46,316 nt of DNA from an uncultured Lachnospiraceae bacterium (lineage in GTDB: Bacteria; Bacillota; Clostridia; Lachnospirales; Lachnospiraceae), in contig CAMWUU010000001.1 of the NCBI GenBank assembly GCA_947177515.1, positions 1 through 46,316 of the forward strand, written 5' to 3'. Position numbers and translations under genes: made by a program. The first letter of the stretch is position 1. Every line of letters starts with the position of its first letter. Of the stretch, positions 19,235-27,493 are shown in pieces. The notes under the pieces were generated by a model. It worked only from the letters and a program-made list of their open reading frames with translations, searched no databases and was not told the origin of the DNA.

Positions 19235-19272
19235 GGCAGATATCATAAAATATGAATAGGAGGTTTTTTAAA

Positions 19273-20325
19273 ATGCAACTGAATGTTACCGACTATCTGA
19301 TTTTCGATGAGGAGAGCGGCACTTACGTCGAGAATCCCGAGCAGGTGGTGCGTGACGACGTGGAAAAGCACCACTGGCTGAATGTATTTAGGGCGGTATT
19401 AAAGGACTGGCGGCTCTACCTTATGCTCGTCCCAATGCTGCTGGTATTTTTGCTTTGGCGCTATCTTCCAATGTATGAGCTTCTTGGTTGTTTTAAGGTG
19501 AGCGACGACGTGAAGTCGGTCGCGGAACAGTCCTACTCAGGGTTTTCGTATTTCAGGCAGTTACTCGTGGGTACCGGAAGTCTGACCACCGAGTTCTGGC
19601 GGGCTTTTCGAAATACCTTTCTGCTAAGTTTTTACGGGCTTTGCTTTGGTTTCCCAATGCCGATCATTATCGCATTGTTCTTTAATGAGATCCGTTCGAA
19701 TATTGCCCGCAGTGTTTATCAGGTTGTTACATATCTGCCGAAATTTATGTCCACGGTCGTTATGACCTCCCTAGTTATGATGTTGGTAAAGCAAGGCTCA
19801 CTTACCTCGGAAATGGGTGTTTTATCCCAGTTTTTGGTAAATCTTGGCCTGATTACGGAGGAAACGGCACGCGCAGGCCTGATGAACAATCCGACGTTTT
19901 TTAGGGCGATATACCAGATCAGCGGAATCTGGGAGAGCGCGGGGTATGACAGTATTGTGTTTTTTGCCGCGATCATCGCCATTTCCCCGACAAGCTACGA
20001 GGCCGCCCAGATTGACGGGGCGGGAAAGCTGGCACAGATGAAGTATGTTGTCCTGCCGAGTATTCTCTCGACAATTGTTATTATGCTGATCACAAGGATT
20101 GGTTCGCTGCTCAATGTCGGATATGAGAAGGTTTTGCTTTTGTATAATCCGAATACTTATGTGACTGCAGATGTTGTTTCGACCTTTGCCAACCGTTACG
20201 GGATTACCGGGACAATGAAGGGGATTGCATCCGCCGCGGAGATGATGAACAATGTGATCGGGATGCTGTTGGTAATCGGTGCAAACACAATTGCGCGCAA
20301 GGCATCCGATGTATCACTCTATTAA
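19273..20325 (+). CDS. CUT1 sugar ABC transporter permease, LplB/YteP-like
   Basis: ATG 19273 lies 9 nt after TAGGAGG. Long N-terminal extension typical of LplB-type permeases. EAA-like loop YEAAQIDGAGKLAQMKYVVLP. Confidence 0.85.
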   Translation: MQLNVTDYLIFDEESGTYVENPEQVVRDDVEKHHWLNVFRAVLKDWRLYLMLVPMLLVFLLWRYLPMYELLGCFKVSDDVKSVAEQSYSGFSYFRQLLVGTGSLTTEFWRAFRNTFLLSFYGLCFGFPMPIIIALFFNEIRSNIARSVYQVVTYLPKFMSTVVMTSLVMMLVKQGSLTSEMGVLSQFLVNLGLITEETARAGLMNNPTFFRAIYQISGIWESAGYDSIVFFAAIIAISPTSYEAAQIDGAGKLAQMKYVVLPSILSTIVIMLITRIGSLLNVGYEKVLLLYNPNTYVTADVVSTFANRYGITGTMKGIASAAEMMNNVIGMLLVIGANTIARKASDVSLY

Positions 20326-20336
20326 AGGGGTTTGCC

Positions 20337-21227
20337 ATGAAAAGAAGACTCGAAATTTCAGAACTTATATTTAAGATTATCAGTTATACACTGCTTACGG
20401 TTTTTGCGCTCTGCTGTCTGTATCCGTTTATCTATACGATTTCCGCAGCGATCAGCGGCAAACATGCAGTGGAGTACAACGAGCTGGTTTTACTCCCGAA
20501 GGATATCCAGTTTGATGCGTTTTCCAGAATGTTTAATAATAATATGTTTTGGAATGCCTATACCAACACGCTTTTCCTTACTTTTTATGGAACACTATGG
20601 TCACTTGGAGTTTCTATTTTTGGTGCGTATGCGCTCTCGAAAAAACGCCTGATGTTCCGCAAGGGATTTAATTTCTTCCTGGTATTTACGATGTGGTTCA
20701 GCGCGGGTCTGGTTCCACAATATCTGAATTATTTGGATACCAAGCGCGTATTTAATTCGTTCGGGATTATGGATGATAAATGGCTGGTCGTGATCGCGAT
20801 GGGTATGGCGGCAATGAATATTATTCTGTTGCGCAATTCCTTTGAGGGTGTGCCTTCCGAGATTGAGGAGGCAGCGATTGTGGATGGTGCGACGGAGATG
20901 CAGGTACTGTGGCGTGTCTATATTCCGATGAGCAAATCCATTATTGCGACGGTGGCATTGTTTTTTGGGATATCACGCTGGAACGGTTATTTCTGGGCAA
21001 GACAGATGATTTCGAATTCGAATGAGCATCCGTTACAGGTATTTATCCGTTTGCGCCTGGAAGAGTACACAGACCCGGAGGCAATGGCGGGCTGGAATGA
21101 GGCGTTTGCCTCGGACTCGGTGATTTACGCACTTATTGTGTGCTCGATTGTGCCGATCCTGATTATTTATCCTTTTATTCAGAAGTATTTTGCTAAGGGT
21201 GTGAATGTCGGCGGGGTAAAAGAATAA
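20337..21227 (+). CDS. CUT1 sugar ABC transporter permease, LplC-like
   Basis: EAA loop EEAAIVDGATEMQVLWRVYIP, six hydrophobic segments, 296 aa. Confidence 0.85.
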   Translation: MKRRLEISELIFKIISYTLLTVFALCCLYPFIYTISAAISGKHAVEYNELVLLPKDIQFDAFSRMFNNNMFWNAYTNTLFLTFYGTLWSLGVSIFGAYALSKKRLMFRKGFNFFLVFTMWFSAGLVPQYLNYLDTKRVFNSFGIMDDKWLVVIAMGMAAMNIILLRNSFEGVPSEIEEAAIVDGATEMQVLWRVYIPMSKSIIATVALFFGISRWNGYFWARQMISNSNEHPLQVFIRLRLEEYTDPEAMAGWNEAFASDSVIYALIVCSIVPILIIYPFIQKYFAKGVNVGGVKE

Positions 21228-21304
21228 ATCAAGTTTATTGATATTAACCGTTTCTGCGGTTGATATAGAGGGACAATATTTTTAGAATCAAAAAGGAGGA
21301 GAAC

Positions 21305-23530
21305 ATGAGAAAGAAGAAGATTGCGGCTTCGCTGATGGCGTTCACGCTTGCTTTCACATCCTTTGCAGGATGTGGTGACAAGGAGAACGAAACGCCGACA
21401 CCGACACCGGGAACATCTGGGGGAAATACGGCAACGGACACACCTGCGCCGACAAGTGGGACGCAGGGTGATGACACGCCGGCACCGACTACGGGGGGCA
21501 ATGAGGAACCGGGTACAGCGGCAGGTGAACTGGAATATGCTTCCGGAACCATACTTCGCATGGCAACGGGCTACAACAGCAAGGATACTGGTCTTAGTTT
21601 TTCTGCCGAGGTTGCTGGCGAAGGCATTACACTGGCGGACGGCAAGACCTACAATTCCGGCGATTTGAAGCCAACCTGGGTAACGGTTGAGGAAAAACTT
21701 GGAATCAAGTTTGAAGACAAATACCAGGGCAATAATTCCACAAAGGAATTCGAGTACTGGCAGGAGCAGCTTGACCAGGTGGATATGGTCAGCGGCACGG
21801 CGACACTCCTTACGGAGAATGGTACAGCCGGACTGTTCGTAAACTTGGCGGAATATCTGGATTCCATGCCGAATTTCAAGGCTTATCTTGAGAAAAACCC
21901 GATTGTGCGCCTGTCCATAACGGGTTCTACTACTGGTGATAAGAAGGGCGCGATTTATTTTTCGCCTTACTTCGACGGTGTAAACGATATCGAGCGTATG
22001 CCGCTGATGCGTGTTGACTGGGTTCAGAAGCTTCTTGACGGTGAGGGAACATTTAGTGCAGCAAGCAGCGGTACGACCGCAGCGCCAGTTTATGAGCCTT
22101 ATATGCCGACTTCAGGCAAGGTTGAGATTGATGTGGTAAAGAAAGACGCGTCCGGCACGGAGAAGGTAACAAAGGACTATGATGCAGCGGGCAATATTAT
22201 TGCAAATATGAACGCAAAAGGTTCTATGAGTGGTGTTGACGCAGTCAATATGCTGCGTGAGTATATTGACAAAGCATACAATGGCTATTATGGCACGACT
22301 CGTTCCGATCTTTTTGTTGGTCAGAATGCGGCGTGGGATGCGGATGAATTGGTTGCCCTGCTTCGCTGCGTGGTAGCGAACGCCCAGACTTTAAACGGTA
22401 CGGATTCCGTACAGGGGCTTTTCTCCCGTGAGGACAACAACAATCAGCGCAGGGTGGATGTATTCCGTTTTGCAGGTTCTCTCTTTGGGGTGCGGGGTCT
22501 TGAGTCCAGACAGGATTACCTCTATGTGGGAACCGACGGACAGTTGCATGATGCCCGCCAGGAGATGGATACTTATGTTGCGCTTGAAAGAATGAACGCG
22601 ATGGCAAAGGAAGGGCTGATATCCAAAGCATACCTTGACAGTTCGGAGGAGAGTTCGAGTACCTATTTAGAGAATGACAATGGTTTTATGCATTACGATT
22701 ACAACCAGACACAGACGGTTTTGAATGCGACGAAGCTCCAGGAAGGCGAAAAGTATATGGCGGCGATGGTTCCGGTTGCCCGCTGGTATGACGGAACGAA
22801 TGAGGAAGGCGTTTATATGCGCTTTACCGAGTCTTGGCGCTCCGTTAAAACGGATGGCTGGGGTATTTCGGTAAAGGGTGTCGGCTCGGATACAAACAAG
22901 CTGAATGCGGCGTTAAAGCTGATTGACTACGCTTACAGCCCAGAGGGACAGATTCTTATGTCCTATGGTCCGGATGCTTTTATCAAGCAGGGTGAAACCT
23001 TTAAGTTCAACGGCGAAGATATGCCGGTGATTTCCGATGCGACTTATGCAGAACTCTGGGAGAAGGCTTCTGGTAACTATACGAATTATGCACGTAAATA
23101 CTTAGGTTCCACATTAAGTTTTGTTAAGAGTCAGGCGTTTGAATATCAGTGCACCCATGAAGTAGGAAGAGAGGGTGCAGGCTATATTTCCAATGCAATC
23201 GGCTTTGGCACGATCAAGCATCCGGAACTGGCGCTTACCGAGAATTCCTGGTACACCTCTGTTCCTACCGTCCTGCCAAATACCAAGGTGGAGAATGACC
23301 TGATTTCCGGCTTTACGGAACTTGGTTCTAAGGGTAGGTTTGGCCAGAATAAGGATGGACAGAACCTCTTTGTTGATATTATCTGCGGCGGCTATACTGG
23401 GGAGGGAACATCCTCCGCGGCAGAAACCGTTGACACGGTTATCAATGCATGGAGTGGAAAACAGTATCTGACATTAAAGGGTGGGGCATGGACGAAGCTT
23501 GTAGATTATTACAACGAGGTTAACAACTGA
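21305..23530 (+). CDS. Extracellular solute-binding lipoprotein (LplA-like, enlarged, 741 aa)
   Basis: Signal peptide with lipobox SFAGC. Pro/Thr/Gly-rich linker (TPTPTPGTSGGNTATDTPAPTSGTQGDDTPAPTTGG). Position directly after the two permeases. AGGAGGAG RBS. Confidence 0.8.
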   Translation: MRKKKIAASLMAFTLAFTSFAGCGDKENETPTPTPGTSGGNTATDTPAPTSGTQGDDTPAPTTGGNEEPGTAAGELEYASGTILRMATGYNSKDTGLSFSAEVAGEGITLADGKTYNSGDLKPTWVTVEEKLGIKFEDKYQGNNSTKEFEYWQEQLDQVDMVSGTATLLTENGTAGLFVNLAEYLDSMPNFKAYLEKNPIVRLSITGSTTGDKKGAIYFSPYFDGVNDIERMPLMRVDWVQKLLDGEGTFSAASSGTTAAPVYEPYMPTSGKVEIDVVKKDASGTEKVTKDYDAAGNIIANMNAKGSMSGVDAVNMLREYIDKAYNGYYGTTRSDLFVGQNAAWDADELVALLRCVVANAQTLNGTDSVQGLFSREDNNNQRRVDVFRFAGSLFGVRGLESRQDYLYVGTDGQLHDARQEMDTYVALERMNAMAKEGLISKAYLDSSEESSSTYLENDNGFMHYDYNQTQTVLNATKLQEGEKYMAAMVPVARWYDGTNEEGVYMRFTESWRSVKTDGWGISVKGVGSDTNKLNAALKLIDYAYSPEGQILMSYGPDAFIKQGETFKFNGEDMPVISDATYAELWEKASGNYTNYARKYLGSTLSFVKSQAFEYQCTHEVGREGAGYISNAIGFGTIKHPELALTENSWYTSVPTVLPNTKVENDLISGFTELGSKGRFGQNKDGQNLFVDIICGGYTGEGTSSAAETVDTVINAWSGKQYLTLKGGAWTKLVDYYNEVNN

Positions 23531-23605
23531 TTTATTTGATTGTCTGTGCATCCACTGGAGGCTTTATAGTGCTTCCAAAGGTTAAAAAAGACTGCAGTGC
23601 CGTGT

Positions 23606-23681
23606 GAAACCGCTGTAGGGCGGTTTCGGGCGGTATTGTACAATTCCGCATTATGTTAAGAGGGGAGGGTATCTTCCCCTC
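23606..23681 (+). other. Two stem-loops in the SBP / next-gene intergenic region
   Basis: GAAACCGC-tgtagg-GCGGTTTC (23606-23627) and GAGGGGA-gggtatct-TCCCCTC (23660-23681). No T-runs. Shape is typical of intra-operon mRNA stabiliser or partial terminator elements after binding-protein genes. Confidence 0.45.
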
Positions 23682-23702
23682 GGACATAAAAGGAGGAACT
23701 TT

Positions 23703-24293
23703 ATGTATAAGAAGCAACTGATTTTTCAGCGAATCATATGTATGGTAATGCTTTTCGCTGCCGCCATTATATTTGTTTATTCCCTGGGGCTGATGACTGA
23801 TCTATATGACAGCCTGTATTCCACCATGATGGATCCGGAAGATTATACACAGACATCAGTAACGGGATCGATTATTTATTATGATATGCAGCAGTTTAAC
23901 AATGACCTGACAAAAGCATCTATTGGTTTGATCCTGGTTACACTGGTATTGTTTTTGACGAATACGCATACGCGCAGGAAATATTATATTGGGAATTATA
24001 TTGCGGTGGGACTTTCCACGGTATGCAATGTTGTGATATCTGTATGGGCGCTCACAAGGATCGCCGCCTACCGGGTACAGTATAAACAGATTGATTTTGA
24101 ACAGTTAAAGGCTCATTCGGAACTGTGGAATACTTATTATACAGAATCCACATTCTGGTTTGATGCCAGTTATGTTGTATTCGGGATTCTTCTGGTCGTA
24201 ACAGTACTGCTGGTTGGAAATTTGATATTGAAACAAATCATGATGAAAGAAGAGAAGCGTCTTATTGGAAGCAGAAAGGAAGTGGGAGCATGA
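23703..24293 (+). CDS. Small 4-TM membrane protein, unknown function (P1)
   Basis: 196 aa with four hydrophobic helices, AAGGAGGA RBS and a stop overlapping the next start (ATGA). Confidence 0.6.
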   Translation: MYKKQLIFQRIICMVMLFAAAIIFVYSLGLMTDLYDSLYSTMMDPEDYTQTSVTGSIIYYDMQQFNNDLTKASIGLILVTLVLFLTNTHTRRKYYIGNYIAVGLSTVCNVVISVWALTRIAAYRVQYKQIDFEQLKAHSELWNTYYTESTFWFDASYVVFGILLVVTVLLVGNLILKQIMMKEEKRLIGSRKEVGA

Positions 24294-24793
24294 ACCAAAA
24301 CAGCGATGCCCTCATGAAAAAGGATCGCCTGCGCTATACGAAAAATAAGCTTTCCTCAAATTTAACGCTGCTCGCGATCGTCTTCAACGCGCTTTACTTT
24401 GTCAGTATATATAAATCCGATGTTGGCTCGTACTATTATAAACTGATTATCGGGATTTCCGTTGTCTACAATCTGCTTTTTATGCTTTTTGCATTCCTTT
24501 CCTCGGAGGGAGTAAAAAGTTATAAGCTTGTTTATTCGTTTTTACTGATGGTTCTGGGAGCGGGGCAGATAATCCGCATCTTCATTTTGCCGCTTCGGGC
24601 AAAGACGGACACCATCACGATCGGCGGCGTGGAACAGGTAGTTATGGAAAACGGGAAGTTTGCGCGCGTTTGTGTTTATCTGGTTGTGTCCGCCGCGCTC
24701 TGTATTACGGCGGGGGCGATCGCGTTTATAAAAACCCGCACGCTTGTAGCCTACCAGGCAGAGCTTGAGAAAAGTAAGGGGAGCAGATCATGA
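24290..24793 (+). CDS. Small 4-TM membrane protein, unknown function (P2)
   Basis: 167 aa with four hydrophobic helices. ATGA overlaps with both neighbours. Confidence 0.6.
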   Translation: MNQNSDALMKKDRLRYTKNKLSSNLTLLAIVFNALYFVSIYKSDVGSYYYKLIIGISVVYNLLFMLFAFLSSEGVKSYKLVYSFLLMVLGAGQIIRIFILPLRAKTDTITIGGVEQVVMENGKFARVCVYLVVSAALCITAGAIAFIKTRTLVAYQAELEKSKGSRS

Positions 24794-25854
24794 GTAATTT
24801 AAAATTACAGCATCTTGAAAAAATATACGATAATAAGGTGCAGGCGGTATATGATTTTAACCTCGATGTAAAAGATGGTGAACTGATTGTCTTAGTCGGG
24901 CCTTCCGGGTGTGGCAAGTCGACGACGCTGCGTATGGTGGCGGGTTTAGAGGATATCTCCGCGGGCAAACTTATCATTGACGACAGGGATGTAACTTCCA
25001 TGCCGCCCAAGGATCGCGATATTGCGATGGTTTTTCAGAATTATGCGCTTTATGGGCATATGACAATCTATGAGAATATGGCATTTTCCCTGATGTTGCG
25101 CAAAGAAAACAAAAATGAGATTCACCAGAAGGTTTTGGCGGCAGCCGAGATTTTAGGACTGACTGACCAGCTCAATAAAAAGCCGAATCAGCTTTCCGGC
25201 GGCCAGCGCCAGAGGGTTGCGATGGGACGCGCGATTGTGCGTACTCCAAAGATATTTCTCTTTGACGAGCCGCTCTCCAACCTTGACGCGAAGCTGCGTG
25301 GTTCCACTAGACGCGAGATTTTGTTATTGCACAAGCGCTTAAAGGCGACGATGCTCTATGTGACACACGACCAGACGGAGGCACTTACGCTTGCGGATCG
25401 GATTGTCTGTATGTCGATGGGACATGTACAGCAGATTGGGACCCCACTTGAACTTTACGATAATCCAGCCAATCTTTTTGTCGCTGGTTTTATTGGACTT
25501 CCGCCGATGAACTTTTTTGATATTACAATCAAGGAAGGCAGGGCGGTGTGCGAGGATTTTAGTTTTGAACTTACACCACAGGAAAAAAAGGCACTTGTGC
25601 GTTATGAGGGAAAGCCTGTGACGCTCGGCGTGCGCCCGGAGGATATTGTTGAGGGCGGGGAGATTGGTCTTACTGTATTTTCGAACCAGAACCTTGGTCA
25701 GGCGACTTTAGTAAACGGCACAATGAAAAAGCATAAGATTACCTGTAAGTTCCGCGGCTGGTTCGATTATAAAGCGGGTGCGCAGATAAAAATCTCTTTT
25801 AATAGAAGGCATTTCTTTGACAAGGAAACCACCGATGCAATTCGGTTAGAATAA
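24790..25854 (+). CDS. MsmX/MalK/UgpC-type sugar ABC transporter ATPase (copy 1)
   Basis: Walker A GPSGCGKST, Q-loop, signature LSGGQRQRVA, Walker B IFLFDEPLSNLD, H-loop YVTHDQ and a C-terminal TOBE-like regulatory domain. Confidence 0.92.
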   Translation: MSNLKLQHLEKIYDNKVQAVYDFNLDVKDGELIVLVGPSGCGKSTTLRMVAGLEDISAGKLIIDDRDVTSMPPKDRDIAMVFQNYALYGHMTIYENMAFSLMLRKENKNEIHQKVLAAAEILGLTDQLNKKPNQLSGGQRQRVAMGRAIVRTPKIFLFDEPLSNLDAKLRGSTRREILLLHKRLKATMLYVTHDQTEALTLADRIVCMSMGHVQQIGTPLELYDNPANLFVAGFIGLPPMNFFDITIKEGRAVCEDFSFELTPQEKKALVRYEGKPVTLGVRPEDIVEGGEIGLTVFSNQNLGQATLVNGTMKKHKITCKFRGWFDYKAGAQIKISFNRRHFFDKETTDAIRLE

Positions 25855-25867
25855 GGAGGCGGGGAAA

Positions 25868-26479
25868 ATGAAACAAAAAACGGCATCCCCGAAAAGGCGG
25901 AGGGGAATAAAAGAATTTAACCGCAAGTTGGGGAGGGGAATAAAAGAATTTGTCCGCAAGTTTTTCGTTTCCCTGAAACGCAGCCCGCAGAATATTTCAC
26001 TTGTGGCGCTTGTGGCAGCGTTCCTTATTTATTCGCTGAACCTTACATCCATCGCGAATACTACGGCAAGGATAAATTCACCGAATATGGGACAATGCGA
26101 ATTTGCGGCGATGTTGTTTTCCATCCTTGCCTTTATCTGCTTTATGAGGGCTTTCCCAAAGCGGCAAAAGCCGCAGAAAGTGATGCTTGGGCTGCTGTAT
26201 GCGATGTTCGCCATTATGATATTTGCGGACAGTGTCTATATCGGAAGGATTACCCGCGCTTTAAACCGGGCGGAAAATCCGATTGTGGTTACAGTGGATA
26301 CCACATATATTACGACGGCAAAGAATATTGCGACGATACATATTGTGTGCATTGTTATCTGTGCCGTGCTGCTTCTCACGCTGCCTGTTTATGCGAAACT
26401 CTTAAAGAAGATCAATACTTCGATTGAGGTGGAGGGCAACGGAGAGATGGATATTATTGATATTTCAGGAGAAGATTAG
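25868..26479 (+). CDS. Small 4-TM membrane protein, unknown function (P3)
   Basis: 203 aa. Basic N-terminus carries an internal duplication (RGIKEFNRKLG / RGIKEFVRKF). Four hydrophobic helices. GGAGG RBS 14 nt after the ATPase stop. Confidence 0.6.
   Translation: MKQKTASPKRRRGIKEFNRKLGRGIKEFVRKFFVSLKRSPQNISLVALVAAFLIYSLNLTSIANTTARINSPNMGQCEFAAMLFSILAFICFMRAFPKRQKPQKVMLGLLYAMFAIMIFADSVYIGRITRALNRAENPIVVTVDTTYITTAKNIATIHIVCIVICAVLLLTLPVYAKLLKKINTSIEVEGNGEMDIIDISGED
25899..25964 (+). repeat. 33-bp in-frame tandem duplication inside P3
   Basis: GGAGGGGAATAAAAGAATTTAACCGCAAGTTGG followed by GGAGGGGAATAAAAGAATTTGTCCGCAAGTTTT (2 copies, a few mismatches). Confidence 0.9.
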
Positions 26480-26484
26480 ATGGG

Positions 26485-26524
26485 GAAAGCAGCGCAGTCT
26501 TTTAAAAGGCTTTATGCTGCTTTC
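26485..26524 (+). other. 9-bp perfect hairpin between P3 and P4 (possible attenuator or processing site)
   Basis: GAAAGCAGC ... GCTGCTTTC with a 22-nt loop that contains the palindrome CTTTTAAAAG. No T-run follows. Confidence 0.4.
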
Positions 26525-26562
26525 TGTCAAATACAGGCTAGTTTGGGTGGATAGGTAAGAAT

Positions 26563-27192
26563 ATGGCAAAGAAAATAAAAAATAAGCCAAAAGAAAAACC
26601 GGCGGCACAGAATTATTATGATCTTAAGGTGGATGCGGTGGAACGGCTTGTCAACGCAAAGTCTGCGCCGGAAGTTTCCGAGAAAGAAATTCGAAAGTAT
26701 ACCTCAAAAGGTAAATTCCATATTCCTTCATGGATAAAAATTCTGTTTATTAAATTTTGGTTCAGCGGTGCGATCTGCTACTTTTTCCTCTGGGGAATGG
26801 GGTTATATCTTGCGGGTCTTGATTTGATGGTGGTGTTGGCGATTGCGCTCGGGGTGTCCACGGATTTGATGGTAAATCATCTTCTGCATTCGTTTGAGCC
26901 GGAAAAGGGCGCTTACGATAAATGGATGATGATTCCGTTTCGTAAATTCTGGACGATTTTTCTCAATGTGATTTATGCGGGAGTGCTGTTGTATTGTGTT
27001 ATCCAGATATATGTTGTAATCAATACGCTCCTAGTCGGCGACGTGAGCGGGGCGGAAACGGTTGCTGTCGGAGTGGAGCCGCTTTTGTTTGGGATTTTCT
27101 ATATGGGTACAGATATGCTGTTTGTCACAATAAAAAACATGATGGTAAAGATTATAAAGGATGCGGATGCAAAGGTAAAGAAAAACGGTTAA
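26563..27192 (+). CDS. Small 4-TM membrane protein, unknown function (P4)
   Basis: 209 aa with a charged N-terminal segment of about 55 aa, then four hydrophobic helices. Weak RBS. Confidence 0.55.
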   Translation: MAKKIKNKPKEKPAAQNYYDLKVDAVERLVNAKSAPEVSEKEIRKYTSKGKFHIPSWIKILFIKFWFSGAICYFFLWGMGLYLAGLDLMVVLAIALGVSTDLMVNHLLHSFEPEKGAYDKWMMIPFRKFWTIFLNVIYAGVLLYCVIQIYVVINTLLVGDVSGAETVAVGVEPLLFGIFYMGTDMLFVTIKNMMVKIIKDADAKVKKNG

Positions 27193-27199
27193 GGGGGAT

Positions 27200-27400
27200 G
27201 AATTTGAAAAAGGGCATTTCAAATATTGTAAAAAGCATTTGAAGATTAAATCAAGGCATTTCGAGATGAAAAAAGTATTTTAAATTTGAAAATATACTTT
27301 TAAATTCTAAGGAGAAGTATTCAAAATTTATTAGAAATATACTGTTAAACTAATAAAGCAAATTCAAACTTGAAAAGAACACTTTCAAACTCCTAATTGA
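27200..27400. repeat. Degenerate, about 21-bp phased A/T-rich repeat array (8-9 units)
   Basis: Units begin with GCATTT, GTATTT, TACTTT or CACTTT at 27214, 27235, 27256, 27275, 27295, 27317, 27340, 27358 and 27380. Each is followed by a (C/T)AAA..AAAA-type tail. The region is intergenic, upstream of GH28. Confidence 0.6.
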
Positions 27401-27493
27401 TGTAATATCACAGTCAGGTCAGCGATAATAGCTATAAATAGGGATAGAATTTATCTATGTGAAAACGTGAAGGTATAAAAAAGGAGGATTTTG

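Noticed and set aside
21244-21561. 105-aa minus-strand ORF and 106-aa plus-strand alternative-frame ORF over the start of the binding-protein gene.
   Set aside because: These are artefacts of the GC-rich, repetitive Pro/Thr-linker coding region. The binding-protein frame has the signal peptide, lipobox and RBS.
27460-27473. TGAAAACGTGAAGG upstream of GH28, resembling the left half of a CcpA cre site (TGNAANCG).
   Set aside because: The right half does not fit the cre consensus, with two mismatches at constrained positions. Recorded only as a weak candidate.
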